From Octopus sinensis (Eukaryota): 64,000 bases of DNA. How positions within the stretch are numbered: position 1 is the stretch's first letter; the number at the start of each line of letters is the position of its first letter. Positions 14,030-26,096 of this stretch are shown in pieces. Position numbers and translations under genes: made by a program. The stretch lies in NCBI RefSeq assembly GCF_006345805.1, contig NC_043003.1:86118001-86182000 (forward strand). Reading direction: 5' to 3'. The notes under the pieces were generated by a model that had not been told where the DNA came from, did no database searches, and saw only the letters and a list, made by a program, of their open reading frames with translations.

Positions 14030-14431
14030 CCAGCGATGGACCTGATTGAGTTGGCAGGATGATTGTCAATCATGACCTTGGTCTCACCAAAACATTTAGG
14101 AGTTCTTTTCTCATCAGAATGATCAGAGTTAGTTATCCGAGCTGCCATGCCTTCGTAATCACCATTAGATTCATCCAACTCTTTCCGAACCCTCTGTATT
14201 GTCCTCAGGTTGACACCCAAACACCCTGAAATGTTCGTATTGGAGCTTCTGGTGCCAATGCCAAGCAGTACAGCATGTCGTTTCGAAATTCCTGGCTGAG
14301 TAAATTGCATGATGGTGCTGTTTTTCTCACAGGCGGTGCGCAACTAACGCTACTGCACTGTTTAGTTGACAAAATCAAAACAACGTGTATGCGCAAAATT
14401 AAAAATATAAACTGACGACAATCGCACCCTG
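14030..14431 (-). mobile_element. maT/DD37D Tc1-mariner transposon, 5' end with transposase N-terminal HTH region
   Basis: MQFTQPGISKRHAVLLGI...RTIQRVRKELDESNG...SIRSIA. The terminus CAGGGTG is next to a TA. 5' region homologous to 40740-40800, whose copy carries the D37D motif. Confidence 0.75.
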
Positions 14432-14479
<48 letters not shown>

Positions 14480-14754
14480 AGGCGCAATGGCCTAGTGGTT
14501 AGGGCAGCGGACTCGCGGTCGCAGGATCGCGGTTTCGATTCCCAGACCGGACGTTGTGAGTGTTTATTGAGCAAAAACACCTAAAAAAGCTCCACGAGGC
14601 TCCGGCAGGGGGTGGTGATCTCTGCTGTACTCTTTCACCACTCTTTCTCCCACTCTTTCTTCTGTCGGCCTGCTCATTCGAAGGCTAAAACAATGCGAAC
14701 GCATTGTGACCAGCGATATGTAACTACATCTGATGGTCTAGTCGGTCACGTGAT

Positions 14755-14762
<8 letters not shown>
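14480..14762 (+). mobile_element. tRNA-derived SINE (third family)
   Basis: A box TGGCCTAGTGG, B box GGTTTCGATTCCC, tail ending cacgtgatcacgtgat. Near-identical copy at 24812-25110 (-). Confidence 0.85.
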
Positions 14763-14797
<35 letters not shown>

Positions 14798-14827
14798 CAT
14801 GTGTATATATATATGTATATACATGTA

Positions 14828-14878
<51 letters not shown>

Positions 14879-14961
14879 ATACATACATACATACATATAT
14901 ATATAGAGAGAGACATATATATTTATGCATGTATGTATATATATGTATGTATAGATATATA

Positions 14962-15810
14962 CGAGGGATGTATGATAAGTCTTGAGCCTCAACAAAACAA
15001 AACATGGTATACGACTTTTGATAATTTATTTTTCAACATAGTCCCCCTCGATGGTTGAACACTTTCTCCAGCGGTGCTAATGCACGATTATCCAGACGTA
15101 AAATAACTCTTTTGTTTGAGACTCCAAGGAACATCCTACAGTATCCATGACGTCATTGTCACTGGCAAAATGGCGACCAGCCAGGGCTTTTTTCATTTTG
15201 GGGAATTGATGTAAGTTCGAAGGAGCTAAGTCTGGCGAATAAGGCTGATGGGGAACAAGTTCGCATCCACAATCACGAATTGTTGCCATGGCAACCACTG
15301 AGGTGTGGGCTGGAGTATTGTCGTGATGAAATAGGACTCTTCTGGTGAGCATTCCCAGCCTGTTTTCTTTGATTGCTTCTCGGAGGCATTTCAGTGGCTG
15401 AGAGTAATACAGCCTTGTCACGGTGTGACCCTTTTCAAGGTAATCGATCAGCAAGTTACCTTGACAATCCTTCAATATAGACGCCATGACCTTGCCAGCT
15501 GAAGGAATGACATTGCCCACCTTTGGGGTAGGAGAAGATGTGTCTTTTCATTGTCTTGGTTGTTCTTTGGTTTCAGGCTGGTAGTGATGAAGCTATCTTT
15601 CGTTCACAGTAATGAAACGAGCATGAAAATTCTCTTAATCGGCTTCAAACAGTTCTAGATTGCTCGTGGACAAAGTGCACCAGGTGCGTTTCTGTTCAGG
15701 AATCAAAATGCGAGGGACCCGCCTTGCGGAAACCTTTGAGAACCCAAGTTCTTTTGTCGCAATGTTGTCTGCTCTTTCAATTGAGATGCCCAGTCTTTCG
15801 GCATCCAAAA
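14962..15810 (-). mobile_element. 5'-truncated mariner (DD34D) transposase pseudogene with 3' TIR
   Basis: KVSARRVPR, SAGKVMAS, HDNTPAH-x-YSPDLAPSN with D-x34-(D>N) spacing. The end TA|CGAGGG is at 14960-14967. Confidence 0.9.
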
Positions 15811-16379
15811 GGTAGAGTATGTAGTAGAAACACCCAGAATATATGCATATAGTTAGCTTATACACACACACACACTCTCTGTCTATCTCTCTCACTTACA
15901 CACACACATAAATAAAAATACATATACACATACCTAGCTTGAATGATGAACTTATTGATGAACAGGCAACAGAGACAGGCAGATATACAGACAGAGATAG
16001 ATAAAGAGATAAGTTGATGGACAGATTTATGGATAAATATGTATAGAATTTTCTCGGTGGCCTAATGAAATGGCAGGACACAATTAGGTTGAAGAAATAT
16101 ATACGATTATATTGACAACAGAACAGAACTTACAGAGATTTCAGATTGGACAAGTTTGAGAAGGCAAACGGTGGGATCTTTTCAATATGGTTTGTAGCAA
16201 GTGATCTGCAAAAAAGTAGATAAGTATATAAAATTCAATATACAAAGATTAATTTGATTTTCTCAGTGATTTATTATGCTTTTCGTATGATAAACTATTC
16301 AATTTTAACATTGACTAATACTCCTTCAAAGCTTCGATGATTCTTACGACATCATCATTTTGTCATGTCTGTTTTTCTC

Positions 16380-17140
16380 TCTCTCTTTCTCCCTCATAGT
16401 AATGCGTATACACTTCCAGTGCAGAAAAGTAAATTAATAAATTTCAGAGTGACTAGAACATAAGCATTCAATAATATATACTCTCACACATAAATATCCG
16501 TAGATATTAAGAATCCAAAAATTTCCTTGTTGATTGTATCTAATAAAATTTTCTTCAGTTTTTCAATTTTTACTACTTCATCCTTGGTTTCGTTTCATAT
16601 CCTCAAAGGTATTCTACATGTTCTAATCTCAAAACCTAATAAATTGATAACGGATATTCATGTTTCTTTATGCTGGTATATTTGATATTTAAAAAAAAAA
16701 ACTTCCGTCTAGCTCAATCTTTCTTTTGTCATTGGATTCACATTTCCAATTTCTTTTTCTGCTTGCATATATCACAAATATATTAGCTTTGGTATTGGTT
16801 CGCCTTATTAATCCACAGCTGTAATATTTATTTTGAGAAACTGCAATTTCTTGCAACTAGTATTGTCTCTTTCGCATTCATTTCCATTTCGTAAGTTTAT
16901 CCTTTTTTCATCTATCTGTTGTTGCAATGTTTTTTATACGATATTCACCAGGAGTAAATAAGATAATATCCTGTTTTTGATGTCCATTCTTCCTATTAAC
17001 AATCTTAGTATGTGTTCTATTTCTTTGAAGAACTCAGCGTATAATTTAATTAGGCTTCTAACCTAGATAGTTCTTAATCTTAAATTTCTAGGTTCTTTTC
17101 CATTCGCTTCTTACCAATGGTGTTCGCTTGCTATTGATTG
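16380..17140 (-). pseudogene. Highly degenerate LINE (RTE-like) ORF remnant
   Basis: Weak patches such as EKEIGNVNPMTKEKIEL. Many stops. Confidence 0.3.
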
Positions 17141-17174
17141 ATCAGATTTCGATAGATAGACGTTTAATCACTTC

Positions 17175-17213
<39 letters not shown>

Positions 17214-17265
17214 ATGAATGTGTGTTTCGTGCATGTGTATGTATGTTTGCATGCATGTATGTATG

Positions 17266-18562
17266 TCATTATTCAGTTTTATTTCAAGAGTTCTTGCCAA
17301 TAGAAAAAGAGCCGGTTTCTAACCTAGATCCAAGGCTTCTTCATTAGAATTTCAGCATCAACAACAAGGTACTTTTGTACGTACATACGTACGTATGTAC
17401 GTATGCATGCATATGTGTACGTACGTATGTATGCATATGTACAAATTTGTATGTTTTGTTTTATGTATATATTCTCATGCATATAGTTGCATATATAGAA
17501 TGCTTATACATATATTTAAATGATAAACTTCTGTAATGTTTTACAGAGTTTTTACAGTTCCAGTGTTGGATTGGATCTGTACTCTTCGAATTAAATTTCT
17601 CCTTTGTGGCTTTGAGTAGCCTAATTTCTCAAGATTGGTAATTAGGCAGTGTTACATATCCTAGAGCCCCAATAATTTCAGGTATAAACTTAAACTTGTA
17701 ATCTGGATAGAGTAACCGCAGATTTCTCAATAGTTCAACGCAGGTATTCTCTTTTTCACTGACCTTCAGCTTTATGTTAACATCCGGCAGTCAACTAATT
17801 TCCACAACTGTACACAGTTTCTCTTCTCTATCTCAAATCATTATATCAGTTCTGTTGTGCTTACATTTAACGAGGTTTTGACTGGGACATGCCACTAGTG
17901 CTCCTTTTTATTATGAGTGGCTATGGCTTCTACCATACTGTAAGTTCTTATTTCTTTGTTCTCGGGGTTATCGTTCCGGCGGATTTCATTATAGAGTGTC
18001 TTAGTTACAACATCATTTTTCATCGTTAAATAAAACCGTGATGACATTTTCAGACAACTGCTTTTAGTGTAGGTGATATCTTCGGTGTCAACTCTACATC
18101 AGTTGTCACATTTTACTGTTTTTCTTGCGTCTCTATCTCTTTTGTATATCAGGTATTTGGTTGATATTTCGTGTTCCTTCCAAGTGGTAGTTAGTAATCC
18201 GGTGGTTAGAACATGGTAGACCGCTTTAATGAACAATGTTACTATGATCTCGCAGCTTTCTAACACATCCTTGCATAGTCTTCTGCTCACATAGGTTCAT
18301 CCTTTCATCTGATAAGTTGCGGTAGAGTCGTGAGGCTTTTTTGGGCATGTATTTAAGGTTTTCGTACAAATAATGCTGTTCAAGGAGCTGCCTTCCGCGT
18401 CTTAAAATAATTATCAGCCTCATTTATGAGAACTTGGTCAAGGGATGCACTTTGTCAAAAAGATGTTGCCAAAGGGATATGATACAGCATTCAAAGGCAT
18501 TTTGTAACGGTGTTAAGCCTCTGCCGCCTTCTTTTCGTTTTAGGTAGAGGCGATCTACGTCA
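17266..18562 (-). mobile_element. 3' fragment of an RLE-type non-LTR retrotransposon (R4/Dong or NeSL-like)
   Basis: DVDRLYLKRKEGGRGL, decayed CCHC knuckle (KCDN*CRVDTEDITY...SSC), restriction-like endonuclease HNRTDIMI...VEIS...EKE...FIPEIIGALG, and a 3' UTR abutting (CATA)n. Confidence 0.85.
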
Positions 18563-18632
18563 TGTATGTATATATGTATGTAAGTATAAGCGTATATATG
18601 CATAATAAAAACATACATACATACAACATACA

Positions 18633-18765
<133 letters not shown>

Positions 18766-18940
18766 TTATAAAATGAGATAGGGGTTGAAAATTCAACCCA
18801 CCATGGGATAACATATATCCAATATACTGCTAGATAGGTACCCAACAAGACTAATACATAGATGTTAAAAATTGCCAAACAATCAGTTCATCTATTGTAT
18901 TATATGGGTAAAGGTAATAATATTACCGTAAATTAATACT

Positions 18941-19472
18941 ACAAAATTAGAAAATGGAGAAACATACTTAAATCAATAAAACATCAACTATCAGATGATA
19001 CCCAATCAATATTTTATTACACCATTACATATCAGTAAAGGCATTATACAAAATATACAGTAAATGTAAATAGACAAAGAGATATAAGTATAACATTTCA
19101 AATATAATATGTAATTAAATCATAACTGACAGCTGTTTCGGCAGCAAGGGCAGTCATACCTCATTTAACCTATAAGCCATAAAGGCAGGTATAAATGAGG
19201 CATTAACAAGGATGCCCCACGGCCTCTTCAGAGAATTAAATTTGTTATAATTGTGAAAAAATTATTTTTCCATATACATATAAATATAAAAATATAAAAA
19301 TGTAAAATATAAAAACTTATGCATAAACTTCATAATGCTACACTTATATAATATAATACTCATAGGTACAATAATGCAAGGTAAACAAAACAAAATAAAA
19401 CAAAATATATATCAGTGTATATATTAATATTAATAAGCACAGTTATTATACATATTTGGCTAATAGTTTTAA
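18941..19472 (-). repeat. PLE pseudo-LTR (3' copy)
   Basis: Reverse complement of 23218-23754. Confidence 0.9.
19128..19231 (-). ncRNA. Hammerhead motif in pLTR, sense to the PLE ORF
   Basis: Minus strand CTGAAGA-GGC-(~80 nt)-GCC-GAAA-CAGCTG-TC with palindromic stem III. Confidence 0.65.
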
Positions 19473-19564
19473 AAAAACTAACACATAGGGAGATGAAAAA
19501 TAATAATTAAAACCATGGTTCAGTTCATAAAATTATAAAGCTATAAAAGTCAATAAAAATTACT

Positions 19565-19570
19565 ATTAAT

Positions 19571-19634
<64 letters not shown>
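19565..19634. repeat. (AAT)n microsatellite inside the PLE 3' region
   Basis: Direct reading. Confidence 0.9.
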
Positions 19635-21265
19635 GATACAGTTATGTTAGCACCAAGTCCATCCTTTCAAGATCGAAATAACTATGAGTTTAGAAATTCT
19701 GACCACTAGGTAATGATTATTTAGATTAATTCGATTGGCTAGTAGTTTGAAATTTAAATCACAAAAGAAATTTTACGGTTAGTTAGTCAAGGAACGCCAA
19801 TATTCACACGCGCATCCACAGATCCATCGTACATACATACATAATTATATGTATACACACACACATACACTTATACACATACATAACCACAAGCAACAAC
19901 TAGCACATAGATAAACAAAAAAGGGGAGCAACTATGCTGCCATTTAGTCTTTCAAAATTATAACTATGCCTCAAATAACAGAAAAGATCTACTCATGCAT
20001 TTCCATAAAATATTTATTTTAAAGAAATATATATTCTTAAATAACAGTATGTTACGATGTCAGATACTATATCATAGGGTAACTTAAAATTTATAACACC
20101 GGTTTATTGCATAGTAAACATACCGGTTATTAGATTTACCGTAAGTTTGTTATGATTCCAAGTACGCTAAGTTATAAAATATATATTAATTTATATATTA
20201 TAAATATATCTCTTTTTTACTTAATAAATTCAATGCCATAATATACCAGATTAGGCATTAAATAATATCAACATGGGGAAGTACTAATGCAATCGTATAT
20301 AAGAACATCACAGCAATTTTTAAAAATATATATATTATAAATACTTAAGATAAAATGTGATAAACTAAATAAGAAGGAATAATTACGGTTACACACATAT
20401 TATAAGTACAAACCAGTATATATGTATTCACATATTATTAAAATTAAAATAAATGATAGATATGTATGTATAAAACTACACTTGTATAAGTAAGTAAGTA
20501 AAAAATAAATAGATAACAAATTAGATGACTTGATATGTATGTATAAATTTACACTTAAATAAGCAAATAAATAAATAATTAGAAGACTAAATGCAGAGAT
20601 AGATACCATTACAATAAAATAAAAAATAAAGTGAATATATATATTATATTGATGAAAGTTAACATGTATGGAAGGATAATTTAAAGTACAGATCCAGAAG
20701 ACAATAGATATAAACTAAATATATAAGGCTGGTAATATTTATAAAGCCAAATGTTTGTAAATGAAAAAGTTTTATTAGTAAATAGCATAAGATACAAATT
20801 AAGGTGAGTACAAAGGAAGACCAAATATACAATATAAACCTGCCAAATAAACACATACAAAAAACCTAGATTCTCAACCTAAACAAACCAAACTCATAAA
20901 AGGCTCACATATATTACATATTACACAATAGCATTACATTATCTAGAGCTAGGTATCTAACCAAGATATACATATACACTATGCAATATTATAAAACTTC
21001 AAAAATCACATATTACAAGGCAAATACCAAAATGAATATGTTATTTCATGTCATATTGCATTTCCCTTAAAAACAAGACAAAAACCCACATATAAAAACA
21101 AGAAACAATTAATACTAGACACATCCATTAGTATTATACAAATGTAGCTATAAAATTATAAAATTATAAATTTATAAGTTGCATACTTTAGAATTATAGA
21201 AGACCACTGGTATAGTTAGTTATAGAAGGGAGTTAAAAAATTATTAATAGTAGAAGTGCTAAGTT

Positions 21266-23234
21266 CTATTTGAATCTAGAAAAGGTGAACGGTAGTCTAT
21301 AAATGCAAAAAAAGTTTTTTTCATTTATGTTGTTAATAATTTGCCTACCCGCTTTAATAATGAAAAAAATTTCATTAATACATAGAGAGCATTTTTTATT
21401 TTTTCCATTAGTATTTTCCAGTTTAATCTAAAATCTAAGTTCTTACTTTTAAGTTCCCAGATGTATGCACTTAGCCCTGTGGAGTACATTCTATTTTTAT
21501 TTCTAAAAGTATATCTGTGATAATTCAATCTCTGTTTTATGCTATTCATAGTTGCCCCGATGTACACCCTAGTACTCAATTGTGTATCTACAGTGCATTG
21601 GTAAACTACCTCCTTCCTGAGGCATTGATTACCAAACACACATTTATTTCTGTTTCTGAAATTACAAAGATTAACAGAATGAGGTAATCTAAGATTGGTC
21701 CCCACCCCTGTACCACCATTCACATTATAAGTGTTACAATTGTTATCATCATCCAAACCCAAAATCAACGAATGAGTTAATTTCACATTATTGGCTATAT
21801 TCCTATCACTAGTACTAGTATTAGTAGTAGTAGTATCATCTATTACATTTATATTATCCCTAGCAGGTACGGTGCACTCATAATTAGTAAGGGGGTTGTT
21901 CACATTAGTTCCAAGAAAGTTTCTATTCCTATTATTATTAAAGAGGGGCAAATTTCTATTGTCTAAATTCAATTTTCTATTCTTATAGAAGTAATCCAGT
22001 TTCCTGTTATTAAAAGAGGAGATAATGGTGGCTAGATTATGAGTAATGCTATATCCCACTCTAACAGTACTGTTGTTAATTAAAGGACTAAATTTATTCT
22101 TATCCTTACCAAAATGCCTAAATATAACATTATGCAAAGCTCTCACTATGTTTGTTTTAATCTGCATTGCATATGGGATAATCAGCCAGAGTGTATCCTT
22201 ATCAGAATTAGGATTGCCTATCGAATTATTGTTATTTGTAAAAATCCTATTCCTAGACCAACCCATAAGTTTACTATTCTTACCACTGTCATTGTTATAT
22301 CTATCTATATCAATATTCTCATGATTATTACGCAAGTAAACTTTACCATTATCATGTCTGCCATAAGTTTTAATATGTATATTATTATTAATATTACTAC
22401 TATTACCCGTTTGCTCAGATCTATTTAAGCTACCGTTCACCTTTCCGAGGTTAACATCACCTCTACTATTATTATAGGTGTTATCATATATTCTATTTTT
22501 TCTATTCTTATGTTTATTATTGTTTATCCTAAATCTATTGGTGTTGTTCCTAATAGTTCCACCTCCATTAGGAGGGTTCCCCTTAGGTATAAACCATATC
22601 TTACTTTTGTATCCTGCCTTAAGTAATGCTGTATTATATCTATCACAATGCTTGTTAAAAATTTCCTCGTTAGAGGATAAACTAGAAGTTCTCTGACTAA
22701 TGCTACGCACTAGTGCATTTTTAATTTGAGGGGGGTGATTACTTGAACGGTTAATATATATTAGGTTAGAATTAGGTTTAATATAAGGTTCATGTAATCC
22801 ATTAGTAATGTTACAATTAACATCTAAATAATTAGCAGAATAATTTTCACTTTCAATGATAATGGATAGGCCGAAACTTTTAAAAAATTTATTTATTCTT
22901 TTTTCAGAAGATCTAATCTCCTATTAGATGTATTCTTAACACAAAATAAGGCGTCATCCCTGTATAATCCACCTTTTAATTCAGGGAATTCCCTACTAAA
23001 GTTATCTAATAGATACATCCCAACTAGATCAGTCACTTCCGCCGAGTCCGGCGATCCCATTGTGATATCGAACAAGTTGGGTGTGTCCTTTCTAGCCCAA
23101 AGTTTATTATCAAACTCTATTAAAGTTTTCCTGGCTGTTAACATAACCTTAATCTCCCCCATACTTAATTTAGTGTGTTTTCTAGCAAAAATTAAAGACT
23201 TATTTAATATAATAGGGTTAAAACAATTAGCCAA
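21266..23234 (-). pseudogene. PLE reverse transcriptase plus C-terminal GIY-YIG endonuclease ORF with two frameshifts
   Basis: FDITMGSPDSAEVTDLVG...GLYRDD. After a shift at the T6 run 22899-22904: FGLSII...YLDV...PYIKPNSN...SSNHPPQ. Endonuclease CNFR...CVFGNQCL...VVYQC...VYIGAT...KQRLNYH...LSAYIWELK. A shift near 21395 restores KCSLCINE...NINE...C, stop at 21266-21268. Confidence 0.9.
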
Positions 23235-23754
23235 ATATGTATAATAACTGTGCTTATTAATATTAATATATACACTGATATATATTTTGTTTTATTTTGT
23301 TTTGTTTACCTTGCATTATTGTACCTATGAGTATTATATTATATAAGTGTAGCTTTATGAAGTTTATGCATAAGTTTTTATATTTTACATTTTTATATTT
23401 TTATATTTATATGTATATAGAAAAATAATTTTTTCACAATTATAACAAATTTAATTCTCTGAAGAGGCCGTGCGGCATCCTTGTTAATGCCTCATTTATA
23501 CCTGCCTTTATGGCTTATAGGTTAAATGAGGTATGACTGCCCTTGCTGCCGAAACAGCTGTCAGTTATGATTTAATTGCATATTATATTTGAAATTTTAT
23601 ACTTATATCTCTTTACATAGTCTATTTACATTTACTGTATATTTTGTATAATGCCTTTACTGATATGTAATGGTGTAATAAAATATTGATTGGGTATCAT
23701 CTCATAGTTGATGTTTTATTGATTTAAGTATGTTTCTCCATTTTCTAATTTTGT
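23218..23754 (+). repeat. Inverted PLE pseudo-LTR capping the 5' truncation
   Basis: Starts where the RT is truncated (ANCFNPII) and ends in (TA)n. Confidence 0.9.
23459..23562 (+). ncRNA. Hammerhead motif in the inverted pLTR
   Basis: CTGAAGA 23459-65, GGC/GCC stem II, GAAA 23551-54, ACAGCTGT palindrome, GUC site after 23562. Stem I is weak (2 proximal bp). Confidence 0.65.
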
Positions 23755-24559
23755 TATATATATATATATATATTATATATATATATATATATAATATATA
23801 TATATATAAGCAGTAGTTGATATCCGAAAAGAAGCATACACTAAAGGATGAAGTAATATTTAGACGGTTATTTGTTATGGCCGGTCAGTGACTATTGGTT
23901 TCGACTATGACGAGTCACTTATACAGCTAAGCACTTTATAAATGCGAAACCAATGGTCAATCTCTGTACAGTCATGGCAAACAACCTTCTTAATGTGTGT
24001 GTATATATACATATATATATATATATTATATATATATATATATATATATGCATACGAGCGCGTATACATACATACGCACATGCGTACGTATGTACATACA
24101 CACATACATACATACATACATACATACATACATACATACATACATACATACATACATACATACATACGCACATACATACATACGAACAATAGTAAAACAT
24201 TAGTTCTGTGATATAGAGATAAAAATCTGATAATAGATTTTAGGGTATAGTTCTTGTGAGCAAGCGTCATAAATTCACTTTCTAGCCTCGGCCGTAGGGA
24301 GTTGAAATTTGATAGCGTTGTGATGAGTGGTCACTCTACATCCATCCATCGCTACAGGTTTATAACTTTATGTTTTATAGAGTGTATGTGCGTGCTTATA
24401 CACACACATACATACATACATACATACATACATACATACATACATACATACATACATACATACATACATACATGCATACACAGGCGTATGTGCGTACATG
24501 CATACGTACATACATACACACATGTATGCATACATACACACATACATACGTACATATAT

Positions 24560-24790
24560 ATGACGAACTAACTGTTACTTTCTTAGATGCAGCACGGACT
24601 TTGTCAGTGAACAGGTCGCGGATTTTAGCGACGAAAATATTTTGACAAATTAAACTTAAATGTTGGAGTGAATCGAACGGCTTTTGTGTGTTTCTTAAAT
24701 GGCTTATAAACACCTTCCACGCTGCAATTGTTTTCGTTTCAGCACACGATCTCAGATCAAATTACTTGCTATGCGAGTACATCTCCGTAA
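24560..24790 (+). mobile_element. Short interspersed repeat carrying a variant hammerhead-shaped motif (probable PLE terminal derivative)
   Basis: Contains the 24600-24649 motif, sits between (CATA)n and (TA)n, and has a diverged relative at ~55560-55700. Confidence 0.5.
24600..24649 (+). ncRNA. Candidate minimal type I hammerhead with G3:C8 swapped core
   Basis: TTTGTCA-GTGAACAG-GTCGC-ggatttta-GCGAC-GAAA-ATAT-T-T^-TGACAAA: 7-bp stem I, 5-bp stem II, palindromic AATATT stem III. Confidence 0.55.
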
Positions 24791-24811
24791 TATATATATA
24801 TCACCATCACC

Positions 24812-25106
24812 ATCACGTGACCGACCAGTCCATCAGATGTAGTTACACATCGCTGGTCACAATGCGTTCGCATTGTTTTAGCCTTCGAATGACGCCACCC
24901 CGCTGGCTAAGCGAGCAGGCCAACAGAAGAAAGAGTGGGAGAAAGAGTGGTGAAAGAGTACAGCAGGGATCACCACCCCCTGCCGGAGCCTCGTGGAGCT
25001 TTTAGGTGTTTTGGCTCAATAAACACTCGCAACGCCCGGTCTGGGAATCGAAATCGCGATCCTACGACCGCGAGTCCGCTGCCCTAACCACTAGGCCATT
25101 GCGCCT

Positions 25107-25110
<4 letters not shown>
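24812..25110 (-). mobile_element. tRNA-derived SINE (third family)
   Basis: Reverse complement of 14480-14762. Confidence 0.85.
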
Positions 25111-25155
<45 letters not shown>

Positions 25156-25289
25156 CATACGTATATGTTGTGTACAAAGAAGGAGAGAGTGAGGAAAAAG
25201 GTAGAGAGATGAATAAATATATATTATGGTTCTCATAAAGATAGTGCTATTCTGATTACCTCAATAGTATAAACTAATACGTGAGTTGG

Positions 25290-25480
25290 CGCTGAAAATC
25301 TCCGATTTTCCTGAATTGACCCCATCTGATTATCATTTGTTCCATAGTACGAAAAATAAAAACACCTAGTCGGAGACAAATATCGCAGTGATGATGACGT
25401 CATATCTGCTATTATGATTTTTTTTAACCAAGCGGATGAAAGCTTTTTCACCAATGGGATCCAAGCACTGTAGCTCCATG
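25290..25480 (+). mobile_element. Mariner transposase C-terminal fragment
   Basis: FPELTPSDYHLF...KYRSDDDVISAI...DESFFTNGIQAL. Confidence 0.7.
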
Positions 25481-25800
25481 AGAGTTTATTGGTCAGCCTA
25501 TGGACTTATACCTATAACGACCAATATAGTACTTAGTCTAAAGGTGCGGTAGACATGATGGGACATTGAAATAAATGTCAGACAATATTTGTAATCTCAG
25601 TATTATAGAGTTTACCTTTTCCTTTTCGGAATCGATAAAAGAATTAACAGTCATAACTTCAACAAAAGTAACCAACCCAACAGGGAGCTTCCAGGTGATC
25701 GCTTGACCTATTAGATGTTACAGTAATATATTCTCTAATTCCCTTGTACCGTCTTCTAAAGGGAAGGGCTCATTGAATACACAATTTAAAAAAAAAAAAA

Positions 25801-26096
25801 TTCCTTCTCGAGCCATGCGTGGCTCATAAGGGTCGGTTTCCCGGTTTCTTGGCGTATAGGTTCCTCACCTGGACGGGACGCCGGTCCGTCGCAGGTGAGC
25901 TGTAAGTTGCAGGAGGAAAGAATGAGAGAAAGTTGTGGCGAAAGAGTCAGCAGAAGTTCGGCATTACCTTCTGCCGGAGCCGCGTGGAGCTTAGGTGCTT
26001 CGCTCATAAACACACACATCGTCCGGTCTGAGATTCGAACCCCCAATCCCTCGACCGCGTGTCCGCTGCTCTAACCACTAGGCCATGTGCCTCCAC
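25801..26096 (-). mobile_element. tRNA-derived SINE sharing its head with the third family but with a different tail
   Basis: Head gtggaggcacatggcctagtggttag...ggttcgaatc, tail ggaccggcgtcccgtccagg...gaaaccggg. Confidence 0.8.

Noticed and set aside
14480-14545. tRNA gene candidates (also 25040-25110, 26030-26096, 53381-53450)
   Set aside because: They have A/B boxes but no complete cloverleaf and continue into SINE bodies.
20400-20856. Hydrophobic small ORFs in the PLE 3' region (also 18555-18878)
   Set aside because: Expected from a T-rich strand. No recognisable motifs.
21266-22710. Possible selenoprotein-type Naiad
   Set aside because: No in-frame TGA in the recovered frames. The zinc ligands are Cys codons.
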